Assembly: GCA_964016885.1 (NCBI GenBank)
Contig: OZ024743.1
Span: 229,090,001 to 229,154,000, forward strand
Reading direction: 5' to 3'
Source: Eledone cirrhosa
Lineage: Eukaryota
Length of the DNA: 64,000 bases
The notes below the pieces were generated by a model, which saw only the letters and a program-made list of their open reading frames with translations, was not told the origin of the DNA and searched no databases. The position numbers were made by a program, and so were the translations under genes. Below are positions 14,696 through 27,720 of the stretch, one piece after another (within the stretch, counting starts at the first letter, position 1; each line of letters begins with the position of its first letter).

Positions 14696-14946
14696 CCGTA
14701 GTTCACAACATTTTGACTACCAAGGACCTCTTGTACTTGAATGGATTGTTCCATGGACACCTACTGTAATTACTACTGGATGAGAACAACACTCGATAAA
14801 GAGAAATGTTTCTACTTAGAGAAGAATGGATACCAAACAGTGTATATATATATATATTAGATTTTTAACAAAGTACTTGAAATTTTGAACTTAGTTAATT
14901 GACTCCTCGGAGTTCTACATTTGTGGTCACATATTGGGAACCACTG
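14696..14946. mobile_element. Old hAT/Charlie-like MITE
   Basis: Ends GGGAACCACTG; internal GAGAAGAATGGATACC shared with 53868-54103. Confidence 0.55.
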
Positions 14947-15928
14947 ATTAGGAACCACTGAGCTAGAGAGAAAGTGATATGGTGGTGGAGCAGCATGGTA
15001 GGTGAAACTATAAAAGCTAGGAAATTAGTCCAGAAAGACTATACATAAGGGAGGGAAGAGAGAACAGTATTTAAATGTCCAGCTATACATAGTGAGAGAA
15101 GAAGCTGAAAGTAAGAGGCTTTCACAGGTTCTATAGTGGGCTGATAGGAAGCAAGAGGTGATTTAGATTGTAAAGGAGTGTGCCAAAGAAAAATTAGGAT
15201 GTCTTTGAGAAACAGCACTAGATCTGTTTGTATTCAGTCCCTCCTATCAATGCCCTTCTTTACTACTAGCCATCACTCCCCTCCTCTTCCTAAACTTCCT
15301 CCTTATCACTCATTATTTACATACACCCTTAACTGTTCCAGTACTTCATAGGCATCACACTCAATATCATTATTCCCACTTCTATCATACTGTCTTTATC
15401 CTATCACTTCTCTAGAGGTTGTTCCTCTATTCAATCTCCCGTTAACAGCCAGCATGTAACTCTCTGATTTTCCCTTTTTCATTGTTGTATCTTTTGTTCA
15501 TACTGCCTTGAACAATCAGAGACTACTTAGATTAAAGAGGATTCTTTAGTCAATATGGCACCCATACAACTTCCTCAGGTGTTACAGGACCATACATCAC
15601 CATCATCTTAAAATGTGATGGCTCGTCAAACCCATGCCAAACATGGAAAGGGCATTGTAAAATAATACTGGTGATGATTTTGAGGTGAAACCAGAAAGAA
15701 AATGATTATGTAGTTATTCAACCTTCTATAAATAACAGCAAAATTGTCATCTAATTACTCTCTAGTCTCAAACAAAGAAAAAACAAATAAGAAAATGTAG
15801 TTCTTGAAATGCAAAAGCCATGCTGATGATGACTAGAATGCCAAAGGCTTGCTAGATCTGGGCTGGTGTAGGTCCAAAACACAACAAAATGGTTAGGTTA
15901 GCATAGCATTGAACTGAGAGAAAACATT

Positions 15929-16168
15929 TAACCCTTTTATACCAAACCACATGAAACTGCAACTGGTTTCACAAATAAACTGCCCTTTTTAAATTGTTTA
16001 CATTTATATTAAAACATTCCATAATTCTATGAAAGAATCTTTTGTTAACTTAGTAACAAAACCTTTAAGCCATGTTTGTTACTTGATTCCTCCAAATCCT
16101 TCATTATTTTCAAAATTAATTGAAACACATGGGTTGACTATTTGATTACATGGTAAAATAATGGTTAA
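15929..16168. mobile_element. TTAA-flanked (piggyBac-like) MITE, ~240 bp
   Basis: TTAACCCTTT at the left end and GGTTAA at the right; internal similarity to copies at 31124-31370 and 61734-61998. Confidence 0.55.
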
Positions 16169-16260
16169 AAAATCATAGAAAACAATCTAAGGGACAAACA
16201 AATATATATGGTGTTGTGACCAATGTGTTATCTAATATTCAGAAAGGGAACAGCATTTTA

Positions 16261-16447
16261 ATAATTGTTTATACTTTTGGCACAAGGCCAGCAATTAACC
16301 AGTACATTACTGGTACTTTATTTTATTGACTCCGTAAGGATGAAAGGCAAAGTTAACCTCAACGGGATTTGAACTCAGACCGTAATGGGACGTAAGTATG
16401 TTAGAAAGCATGGCGTCCAGCCCTCTACCAATACTGCCAATTCACCA
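16261..16447 (-). mobile_element. tRNA-derived SINE (family 1)
   Basis: Reverse-strand A and B boxes (TACTGCCAA, GGATTTGAACTC on +) and AAGGATGAAAGGCAAAG central motif. Confidence 0.88.
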
Positions 16448-17563
16448 TAATGTGAGATTAATGCATAAACACTCCCATACATACACATGTGTATATATAC
16501 TTATACATACGTGTGTGTGTGTGTGTAAAAATTTGATTCCAAATTAAATTTGTACAAGTGTAAAAAAAAATGTAAAAACTAAACAAAATCACAAACTTCA
16601 CAACACATAATTGGATAGATATAATCACGAGGCTGTTCTTTGTGAAATATGGTTTATAAACATACTGATGTGATCTTGTTATAAGCTACACTGTCTCACT
16701 GTCTTAAGGGACCAATATTTTTGCAAAGTATAAAAAACAAATTTCAAAATCTGACATAAATATAGCCTTAGTATACACCACTGTAAACACATCATCAGAG
16801 TCAGTTTTCTGCTAACAGTCTCAAGATATTTTTCTCTCTGTTTTCTTAGTGCACACATATGCAATAAAAAAAATTCTATTTTGCTAACTATTGCATATTT
16901 CAAGTAAGTAAGCAAACAAGTGTGCATGTTAGTGATAGGGAAATAGAATAGAAGCACAGATTTTTTAAAATTCAATGGATAAATAGATTACTGCTTATGT
17001 CAGCATATAAGATAATATTGGATGTTATAAAAATATTGTCAAATCATGTTATAACTTTAGTTATTGTAACTGAACATTTATATTTGTAACTGAAAAAGAA
17101 AGCACCATGTGATGTTTCATTAACAATGTACTCTGTTAATCATTCATTGGTATCATCATATCAATTATGATACATGAAAGTGAAGACCGGTGACTAATAT
17201 ATACAATTTTACTTATTATTATCACATATAAGAAAGACATTATTTAGGAAGTTTACCAAATAGAATACCTGCAGTATTTTGTAAACTAACGTTATAAGTC
17301 TTTCAAGACAATGTTTCTAATAAAATACACTATTTCAATTAACTAATGAAGAATGTTGAGGGATTTACTAAAATTGTTAATCATTACATTACTAAGCTGG
17401 TAATTCTTATATCAAAATAATGTTGGAAGATTTTGATTCAAATTGAAACCCTTTGAAATGGGTGGTTTTGTTTCGTAGAAACACTGCCAGTTTTGGTCAA
17501 GTTGCTATAAGATATTACTAATTTTCTCATGCCATACACAAAATGAAATCCTAGAACAATAAT

Positions 17564-17744
17564 TGTTTCTACTTTTGGCACAAGGCCAGCAATTACCCAG
17601 TGCATTACTGGTACTTTATTTTTTCGACCCCGTAAGGATGAAAGGCAAAGTTAACCTTGGCGGGATTTGAACTCAGAACATAAAGGAACGTAACTATGCT
17701 GGAAAGCATGGCGTCCGACCCTCTACCGATACTGCCAATCCCCC
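17564..17744 (-). mobile_element. tRNA-derived SINE (family 1) with 17-bp TSD
   Basis: Same motifs; TSD AATCCTAGAACAATAAT at 17547-17563 and 17745-17761. Confidence 0.92.
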
Positions 17745-19701
17745 AATCCTAGAACAATAATATGTGTGAATTATAATTAAGTATTGGATTTTACAAACTT
17801 TGTACTCATTTTGTGTTGATGGGATAGCAAATATGTGTGGAGAAATAAGCATAAAAATATTAAAATGGTTGGCTTTCCTGGCAAATTTATCTACCTAAAG
17901 GCAAATAATATATACATATTTGTAATAGTATTCCAACATGTCATATCAATAATAAGCTTTAATTTTAAGCAATCTCTGTTCTAAAGAATATATATGTTCA
18001 ACCTTTCAAATCTTCCTTAAAGGAGAAGATGCTCTTCCATAACATTTCTGCCATACTAAATTGAGGTGGTTAGGTTAAACATGAGAATTACAGTGTCATT
18101 GTTACAAGAGAAGACATTTCAAAAATTCATAGAAAACAAGCCAATTCCAGCAACTTGAAAATGAGCATAGAATAATGATCTCTATTTTGGTGATATTACA
18201 GAATCCCCCAAAAAGATCAAATGCCTTAGAGCAGTGTAAAGCTTCAAAATTACATGAAAACCATTCTGAGATCAATTGTCAAAATCTGAAATGTATTTTA
18301 GTTTCTCATTATGTATAACTCAGTGTAAGAATGCCAAATTAGACTGTAGAAAAGAAAGTAGTCTTCTGATTAAAGAATTTAACAGATTTACTTTATTTAA
18401 TTCTTAACATACAGTAATACATGAAACCACATTAATAAGACATTTTTGAAAAGTAATAAAACACCACTATGACTACATCACACTAAAAATTTAAATTTAC
18501 ACTTAATATTACAAATTGACATAAATGTCTGCTCACTAGTAAAGATATTATATACATATGATTTAACAAATGACATGAAACCACTGTAGCAACGCATTCT
18601 TGAAAAGTACATGTCATTTTCTACTACAGGTTGGTAGAAATAAAACCAAGTCCTTCAAACTACTGAGGATTCTTTTACATCAATTCAGATATCATACTTG
18701 TAACTCTACCCTCTTATGTAGGTCCCTGAATTTAGATGTTTGGCAATTTACTGAATTAAGCACAGAAATTAAATAAACAAACTTGACAAAGTAAAATTAT
18801 TGTATTGAAATTAGATTCAATAATTTCAGAAGGACTTATATCATATGTAAAATGCTAGTAATAATATCGCCTATAATAAAATATAGAAGACTTTTAGAAA
18901 GTATTTACTTCAAGCATGACACTAGCATCACTAAAAGGTATGTGGAAAAAGTAGCCAAAATATATTTCATTGTTACAAAGCAGTTGATACAAAAAACAAA
19001 TATTTTCTCAAAATAGAATACTTTTGAAGCGATATCATCATCGTCATTTAACACATTTTTCCATATTGGCATGGGTTGGAAGTGTCATCAAAGACCAATT
19101 CAGTACTTAATCAGGGATAGTGTACTCCTTAATGGGCTGGAGAAGGGAAACACATCTTGCTTACATACGTTCCATTTTTGGCATGGTTTCTTCAGCTGGA
19201 AGCCTTTTCTATCACTTACCATTTTACAGAGTGCACTCAATGCCTTTTATTATGGTATCAACACTAGGGAGATTGTTATGACATTGCCACAAGTGAAGTA
19301 TGGATTCAATATCAATGTAGAACTTATTCTGTGTGAAGGAGCAATTTTACAAAGACTATTAGAGCCACAGATAATGCGGCAAAATCTATATTTTCGACAT
19401 AATGAAGTGGTCACAAATCATGTCATTAGTATATAAAAATAGCAAAAATACCACTTTGTCATTATAATTGGTTAATTCTCAATAAAACGAAATGTGCAAC
19501 AAAATAATCCAGAATTTCAATCATTAATATGAGACAAGTATAATTTCTAAAGTAGGTAATCATTAAAGTATCAAGAAATCAGACTGTTTTGATACTAAAC
19601 CATTTGAAACTGCTCTTGGTTCAATGATAGAAAGGCATCTTTTAAATATAAATTCAAACTTTTTATGTAAGAGATTCTTAAGTTACATTTCAAATATCAC
19701 C

Positions 19702-19875
19702 TTAACCCTTTAACATTTAAACCAGCTGTATCTGGCCAGAATTCTTTAACCTCTTTCTGTTCAAACCAGCTGCTCAACTGCTGTTAAGGTATTGTTCTCA
19801 AAATAAATAATATCAAAATCTTTACTGCAAATATACAATAGTAAATATAGAGTAATGTAAATGCTAAAGGGTTAA
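19702..19875. mobile_element. TTAA-flanked MITE nested in another TTAA MITE (~19585-19987)
   Basis: TTAA-CCCTTTAACATTTA ... TAAATGCTAAAGGG-TTAA (14-bp TIR, 1 mismatch, TTAA TSD); related partial copy at ~28640-28833. Confidence 0.75.
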
Positions 19876-21369
19876 TAATGAAAAGGTTAGTTATATAAAT
19901 AAATTCCTATAAATCCCTGATTATTTTCAAAATTCATTGAAACACAGGCAATGTATCTTTTTTAGAAATAGGATAACAAAATGGTTAAGCAAGATTTACT
20001 CCTTTAGACATTATGATAATTATATTAGCATTTAAGTTTGGCATACAACAAAGAGGTAGCAACATCCAAAATAGAACTATTCACATTTTCTGTCTTGTCC
20101 AATACACACCAGCTTGAAAGCAGAATGAACAAAAAATAGAGAGAGGGGGGGAAAGAGTTTAAAAGGTATTCCACTCCCATCCCCAGTGAAGTTTATAAGG
20201 TCTAAGTAGTCTACTCTGTACCTCCCTGCTAACAAGTATCAAGACAACCTAACTATAATTTAATTACTATTATCACCCAAGATTATCTTAATTGGTATTC
20301 TGTTCCAAGTTCATAGTGATAAGGGTAAAGTAGATGAATTAGAATTTAGGATCTAGCTATGTAATCCAGTAGACATTTAATTGATAATATTGAGTAGCCA
20401 AAAGAAAGCAATTCCCAAAGCTAGTAGATAAGATTGAAAAGGGCCAAACACACAGCTGTGGTTGCATATAGACATTTCTAGAATGAATAAATTAATAAAT
20501 AAATAAAAAAAGGAAGTGTTAGAAGATTAGCCATCCCAGTTAAGACAATTTTCTTCAAAAGAAAGTGTCTATTTCAAATACTTTATTTAATAATAGTTTA
20601 AAGAAAAAAAATTATCAACAACCGATTTTGAAAACATATCAATGAGACATGTATAAAAATGTGTCAGCTGACAAATATCAACAACAGTAAACTTAACACA
20701 GATCTAAATAGACAGTTTAATTATAACATATATTTAGCTGTGCATAAGATAAGAAGGATAGGACAAGACTTTTAAAATGTTACAAACGATCATAGCTTGA
20801 GAAATAAAAATATAAATTAATATTGAAAGAAGAACATTAAAACTACTGATAATTATAGGCAAAATATTTTAAGCAATTTTGGCATTGTACTTTTCTTGCA
20901 AGTGACATTATCTGAGACGATGTAATGAAAACTAATGCATTTACAACTTGAAAGAATTGTTTTAGCCATTCAAAAAAACACAAAAAAAATTCATAGGCAG
21001 ATCACTATCATTGTTTAACATCCACTTTCTATTTTATTCTTTTACTGCTTTCAGTAATTCAACAGCAGTCATGCAGGGGAACTTAAAGGGATTTTACTCA
21101 TAATATTGATGCCAGTACATACTTTTTAATATCTGTTACTTATTTCATTGATTTCATTATGTGGAACTGTCAAAATATGAGACAAATGCATACACATCAC
21201 ATTCTCTCTCTCTCTCAATGGGTTCTCAAACCCTTTTTGACCAAAAAATTTCACTCATAAATCATTGAAATATCTTGCCCAAAGAGCCATGCAGTCGGAA
21301 TTAACTCCAAACCACATGACTCTAGTAAACTCCTTAACCATACTCTGAGGCTTGCACCAATTTTATATC

Positions 21370-21640
21370 AACATCATCACCATTTAATGTCTATTTTTAT
21401 ACTTTCATGGGTTGGATGGGTTCCATATGTTCCATTTTGGGTTTCTTTTCTATGGCTGGATGCCCATCATAATGTTACCCTCTTTGCAGTGTGTACTGAG
21501 AGCTATTTTATTGTGGCACCAGCACTACCATCTTATTGGATGGAAAGGGTGCTTTTAATCATGGCATTAACCCTACCACCTTACAAAGTGGACTGAGTGC
21601 TTTTTATTGTGGCACCATTTTACATAGGCACCAGCACAAA
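21370..21640 (-). mobile_element. Old RTE 3' UTR relic
   Basis: CATCATC tail, CATGGGTTGGA, GGCTGGATGCCC and CAGTGTGTACTG modules; similar relics at ~19035-19270, 41690-41930, 42835-42985, 48960-49145, 49968-50190 and 60841-61040. Confidence 0.65.
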
Positions 21641-24149
21641 TACATATTAACAATAAGGGGCTTGTTGTGTTATTAGCCAGACAGAAGAGCATTTGATGGG
21701 AATGGGGGAGCAGTAGTTGCTGATTGCTGCAATATATTGTGGATTAGGGAGGCATGCTCTGCTTTCCATGCTGGCTTGGGTTGGACAAGGAAATGGAGGC
21801 ATGAAGGATGTGAATGGAGGAAGACTAAGGAAAGGAAAGGAAATTAGATACTGAAAGGAGGGGATAATTGGGCGAGTGGAAGTGGACAGAGGAATTTAGG
21901 GACAGATGGGAGTGGGAAGCATGTTGGCTGGTAAGGGCCTAAATGGTATTTCACATCCCTGCCCTCCCATTCTCTTCATCCCACTCACATGTGTTATCTT
22001 CATGAGCCTCAGCTATGCAAGATCAACTTTCACCACATCATCCCAAGTTTACCTAGTTCTACTTACACACGCACACACACATATAATATGAACAGTATAT
22101 CATCACCCATCTATTCCTTCCGCATCTCTTAATTGAAACCAGAAAAATTAAAAGACTGTGTGTGTTTGTGGAACATATAGATGACTGTAACCTGGGCAGA
22201 TTCTTCTTCGGGGAAACCTTACATGGTGAGAACCTACCTCAAAAAATATCGGACTCTCTGCCTAATCTCACTGAAACCATCTCTTCAAGGTCACATTGTG
22301 TTCTGACAATGTTATTATCCACACCACAAAAAGATGGAAACCATATATATGTATATAACCAATAAAACTCATTTAATAAAATGTTATAAAAGATATTGTT
22401 AAAACGAAATTAATTTTTTTATTATTTCTAACATCCAACACAAAGATTTATCTTAATGTTTTATATAACATTAAAAATATCCTGTTCAGAGATATCAAAC
22501 ACATTAATTTCTTTGAACCTTGTGATACCAAATCTATCTGAAACCACTCCAGTTCTGTGATACAAAACTGTTTGTTTTAAAGTGTTTATATGTACCTAAA
22601 AATGTTCTCAGTAATTTTTTGTGTGAATCTTTAAGCTATGTTCTAAAGAACAACTTAATAACGAGAAAATTATTTATATTATTAAATCCTCTTAAATTCT
22701 TGATAATTTTCAAAATCTTCAGCAATGGTTTTAATTATAAATATGGTAATGAAAGATTCAACTTCAATATTGTACTGGTAATTATTCAGTTGATTAAGAG
22801 AACTGTATCAACTCAAGTGTAACAAATTTTCCCACCACTAACTAATCAAGAATGAAATGTGAAGTATTTTCAGTTGAGCAGACTAAAGAAAACATATAAA
22901 TGTATACTGTGTAAGGGTACAAACTATGTTTATAACAAAAATTGCAAAGATTTTGCAGTCAACATTTGGTGCATTAACCCATTTGTTAATATATCTTTAA
23001 TAAAATACACTATGTTTGAGTTAGCTATTGAAGACTGTAGAGAGATTTACTGAAATTATTATTTGAAAATTTAATAGCTTTCACCATATTTTCTGTGGTC
23101 CAAAATTGGGCAAAAGTTACTAATTTAATTTTTAAATTTCAATCACTGCCATCTTCTAAACATGTTTTTTTTTTTAATTATTAATTATTTTATTATAAAG
23201 ATGTTTCTTGTAACATAGCTAATGTAGAATTGTGCTGGAGGGTTTTAATTTAAATCAAAATCAATCAATCAATCATATAGCTGCAGTCTCTACTCATCAT
23301 CATATATAGAATGTTTTTGGTGTTGTGACTTGCCCAGTCTTTGATATTCTCTGACTAGGGTTTTCTTTGTCTGCCTCTTTGCCTTTTCTTGATTGTGCCC
23401 TGACATTTTTACAGGGATTCCTGGCAGGATACATGACCGTACCAGGCAAGCTTTCATCTTTTCTCCATCACAAGGAATAGTTCCAGTCTGCCAGCATATT
23501 TGTTAACTTGTCTAATTTAATTTAAATAGAAACCCTTTAAAATAGGTTATCTTGTAACCAGATGCAGTTGCTTTGATACCAGATACAAATGTATTTCCAC
23601 TTTTAGTATATGATACAAGATACACATTTCAATAAATTTCTCAACTTGGAAAGGGCACACCAAATCCTTCAAGAAGAGAAGTGTCATATGACAAGTGTAA
23701 TTTGTCCTTTTCTTAGCTTATAATTATAGTTTTTATTACTTGTAATAGTTCCTTGTAATAATTTAAGATCATCTCTAGACAATTAAATGAAATTGATTCT
23801 TCAACAGATCTTAGAATTGAACTCATTTTGTTTCCTTTGTAATTGAATGGCCGATTAGTTTTCCATGTTGATCTCTCTAATTGAATTATAGTTTTTAAAA
23901 GCAATTTTCTTCAGTTCAGTAAAGACAAATTAAAGCAGATGAAATAGAGAAGATAATGCATTTACATTTTCAGTCTGACCTCTGTGGTCTCAATTGAATT
24001 GCTATGTTAGCCAGATTGGTCTGGCATCATATTGCACTGTATTCAATTGTAGCTCTCAAATATGATTTCATTCCATTGAAGAGGCTATTTGTAGTAAAGT
24101 TTAACCAGAAATACTAAACCTACTAGCAGAAATATAAGAAAACCATTAC

Positions 24150-24204
<55 letters not shown>

Positions 24205-24220
24205 TATATTTATTAAAATA

Positions 24221-24296
24221 ACGGATTAAAGTTTAAGCAAAGAATCGTTGCTTTCACCCTTAACAGGATCTTCTGAAACTAACAAAGTCAATCTGT
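24221..24296 (-). ncRNA. Second copy of the hammerhead-like motif, in the inverted pLTR
   Basis: Reverse complement of 26110-26185 with the same CAGAAGA/GAAA core; stem III AGCAA/TTGCT is fully Watson-Crick. Confidence 0.62.
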
Positions 24297-24623
24297 AAAC
24301 GCAGAACTGGATATTTCAAAAAACGTTGCAACCGGAGGAAGACAGGAAGACGATACTTTGGTTCGTGGTAACGTTCGCTGGCAAAGAACGGGAAAAAAAC
24401 GAATAATACGTCATTAATAGGAGCGGTGAAAAACAATTACGCGCAAAGACAGAACCACGTTTATGGTATAAAAGAGGTCGTAGACTAATGTTCTCTTAGG
24501 TGGTGCATAGAGACGTTCTCTGGCAATGAACGAAAAAACGAAGATAATACGTCATATGTGGAGCGTGGAGAACAATAGCACGCAAAGACAAAACCACGTA
24601 AATGGTATAGCAGAAGTCGTAGA

Positions 24624-25205
24624 CCTACACATAAATATAGTAACATTTTTAATAGAAATACTATTAAAATTTCTTACTCTACAACTCCTAACCTTACACA
24701 TAACATCACAGCTTCAAATTTAGCTAAACTACCTAGCCGTAGGAACACGTGCAACCCTGTAGTTAGTACTAACTGTAATTGTAGGAATCAGGCTGATTGC
24801 CCCCTATCCGGGAAATGCCTCTCTAGTAACATTGTCTACAAATGTAAGGTTGTAACACCCACGTCCCGTAGGGCCTACATAGGGTTAACCGCTAATAGTT
24901 TCAAGCAGCGTCTTTACATGCATACCCATTCTTTTCGTTACCTCTAAGAAGGAATATGACGTCACTTTCAGCTTATATCTGGAGTCTAAAAGACAACCAC
25001 ACCCAATATAAGTTACACTGGGAGATCCTAGCTAGGGCTAGATCGTATAACGGAAATAAAAGACCATGTGACCTCTGCGCCGCTGGAAATACTCTACGCC
25101 ACAGACCACATCTTAAACAAAAAATCTGAGGCAATTTCGACTTGTAAACATAAATTGCACAAAACTTTCCTGTATTACAGCCCCACGTTATACCCTAACG
25201 GATAG
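24624..25205 (+). pseudogene. PLE linker plus GIY-YIG endonuclease remnant, two frameshifts
   Basis: My translation: PTHKYSNIFNRNTIKISYS...CNCRNQADCPLSGKCLSSNIVYKCKV...AYIGLTANSFKQRLYMHTHSFR / TSLSAYIWSLKD...WEIL...CDLC / LEILY..ILNKKSEAISTCKH...*; frameshifts near 24940 and 25082. The CxC-x5-CPLxGxC linker is characteristic of Naiad-type PLEs. Confidence 0.85.
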
Positions 25206-26109
25206 CACGATCTATACGTGGATATTTTACGTCTTGATGTGGGAGCTAAGTATATGTTTTGTTTATTCCTTTACTTATTTGCATAGGTAAGTATATATTA
25301 CCCGTATGTTTTGTGAAGGTATGTATACCTTCTCGTACGTATATTTGACTGTTATGGCGTATTAGTTTTACATATTATGGTACATAGGGTTTGGCTACGT
25401 GTATATGGGAGTTTTGCGTCTGCGTGAGTATGCAGGTTCGTACGTGTGTGTATATGTGTACTTCTTGTTTTAGTTGACTTACGTCTCCGAACATTCGTGT
25501 ATTTATATGTAGGTATGCGTGTGCGCTTGTTATATACGTATTTATTTACTTATATACGTTTATATAATTATTTATTTAATTGTACACAAGCGTACACACA
25601 CACACATAGTTATATGTGCGTTGTTTTGTATACCTATGGTAAGGTTTTGCGTATGCTTGTGTATGTACGTATCTGTTTGCGTGTATGTATCTATTTGTTT
25701 CTATTACTTCTGTATTGCATTTATTTACTTTGTTCTTAACACTGTAGTGGAGATTCATTTGGTCTCCTAGTTAGAATTTTAGTCTACGACTTCTGTTATA
25801 CCATTTACGTGGTTTTGTCTTTGCGTGCTATTGTTCTCCACGCTCCACATATGACTTATTATCTTCGTTTTTTCGTTCATTGCCAGAGAACGTCTCTATG
25901 CACCACCTAAGAGAACATTAGTCTACGACCTCTTTTATACCATAAACGTGGTTCTGTCTTTGCGCGTAATTGTTTTTCACCGCTCCTATTAATGACGTAT
26001 TATTCGTTTTTTTCCCGTTCTTTGCCAGCGAACGTTACCACGAACCAAAGTATCGTCTTCCTGTCTTCCTCCGGTTGCAACGTTTTTTGAAATATCCAGT
26101 TCTGCGTTT

Positions 26110-26185
26110 ACAGATTGACTTTGTTAGTTTCAGAAGATCCCGTTAAGGGTGAAAGCAGCGATTCTTTGCTTAAACTTTAATCTGT
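26110..26185 (+). ncRNA. Type I hammerhead ribozyme-like motif, variant core
   Basis: Stem I ACAGATTGA/TTAATCTGT plus AGTTT/AAACT with a 7-nt bulge; core CAGAAGA; stem II CCC-GTTAA-GGG; GAAA; stem III AGCAG/TTGCT; predicted cleavage after 26171. Confidence 0.65.
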
Positions 26186-26719
26186 TATTTTAATAAATAT
26201 TTGCTCTACGGTTCTTATATATTTGATATATATTTTCCTTATCGAGCCCTCTTTGGATTTTAGTCTTCAATTTTATTATTATTACTATATATAAATATAT
26301 ATATACACTAATTTTACACTTGTACTGTCACAGTGCATCTCATTAAGATGCAAGTGATGAGTAATAGAAAATTTAAAAAATAATGGGAGATAAAAAGAGA
26401 AATTTAACCCTTTCATGACCACATTTCTACTGAAATTTACTTGATTTTAATTAACTGAGGAAGAATTTAGAAGGAGTTTCCTAAAATTATTATTTTATTA
26501 CGAAGATTAACATATAGTTCAATTATAAAATTATGTTGGAAGATTTTAATTGAAATAGGAACTTTTAAAAGGGGTAGTTTTAATTCTGTGGCTGGGTTGG
26601 TAAAAAAAGAACTAGGATATTGAGTTCAAGTATTATTAAAGCTATGAAAGATGCAATTTTCAATGAAATTCCCTTTGTTAGATCCATACCTAGCTTTACC
26701 ACAATTTTGTTCATCCATC

Positions 26720-26960
26720 CACATAGACAATGCTTATGACATCAGACAGACTTATTCAGGAATGGCTGACAAATCCCATTTCTTCACGAATGCCATAGCA
26801 GATGTACACTTTCTTAGTCTTCTCTTTTGTTCAGTTTGTTCCTTGTTTCTTCAAATACTATGACACATTTCCTTATGAGATAATGCCAAGTAGATATCTT
26901 AGAAGCAAGGTTCTTCTCTGACTTTTGATAAATGTTAAAGTCTTCAAGAAAAACATTCAG
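26720..26960 (-). mobile_element. Highly decayed RTE C-terminus relic
   Basis: Minus strand reads NLASKISTWHYLIRKCVIVFEE, resembling the LAxDRxxWRxxIxxGxxxFE segment of RTE C-termini. Confidence 0.35.
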
Positions 26961-27496
26961 TTCCTGTAACTAGAACCAGCATTACCATTAAGGCCAACTT
27001 ACTGAACCGCAAAGGATCATGGTTTTATATACATTTGTATAATTAAATCAAATATATAATAATTTCTTATGATCAAAAAATAAATCACTAAATATCACTG
27101 CCAATGTTTGTGCGAATATCCAAAGTGGTGGAGGGGTCATAAGGCATTTTGACCTGTCACATGGTGATGGTGAGTGGACTGTGAATTAGAAATAGCAGAC
27201 TTAGTAATTTTCTTAGTACAATCAGAGCAAGAAGTTCAAAAATCTGGTTCATCAGCTTGCTAAACTGTAAGTTGAAATCATTTTATTTGGAAGAATGGGG
27301 TGCATAACTGGAAGAAAGGATGTACATTTAGATTAGAATCATAAATTCCCAGGCACTAGCTCTAATTACAAAGTATTCATAGTTAGTGGTAAATATAAAG
27401 AAGTAGCAATGCTCTCAGAATTACTTGATCAGCAGAGGTGTTCATTAACTTAAAAGATACTCAGAAAGGGAGACCATAATCTAAAAAGGACTAAAT

Positions 27497-27720
27497 GATG
27501 TGGCTGAGTGGTTGGATTCACAATCATGATGATGCGAGTTTGATTCCTAGACCATGAATTTTGTCCTTGAGCAAAACACTTTATTTCATGTTGCTCCTTC
27601 TGTTTGGATTTGCAGCTGGTAGATAGTATTAGAAATTGGAAAGACCAATGAAAACAATGTTTCTTCAGTATGATTCGATAAGCTCCACCCCACACATTAA
27701 GTGAATAAGGTCTGAGATTG
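27497..27720 (+). mobile_element. tRNA-derived SINE (family 2)
   Basis: TGGCTGAGTGG A box, GTTTGATTCC B-like box, TGTCCTTGAGCAAAACACTTTATTTC core; other copies at ~27935-28060(-), 32255-32350(-), 54335-54595(+) and 58925-59122(-). Confidence 0.7.

Larger units (their letters stand above)
24206..26285 (+). mobile_element. Penelope-like element (Naiad-type), 5'-truncated, with inverted pseudo-LTRs
   Basis: 419-bp near-perfect inverted repeat 24206-24624 / 25782-26200, GIY-YIG remnant between them, hammerhead-like motif followed by AATAAA, and a 3' extension (26201-26285) only on the right copy; flanked by (TA)n. Confidence 0.88.

Noticed and set aside
24624-25205. Selenocysteine-encoding Naiad (in-frame UGA at conserved Cys)
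   Set aside because: All conserved Cys codons in the visible fragment are TGT or TGC; the disruptions are frameshifts.
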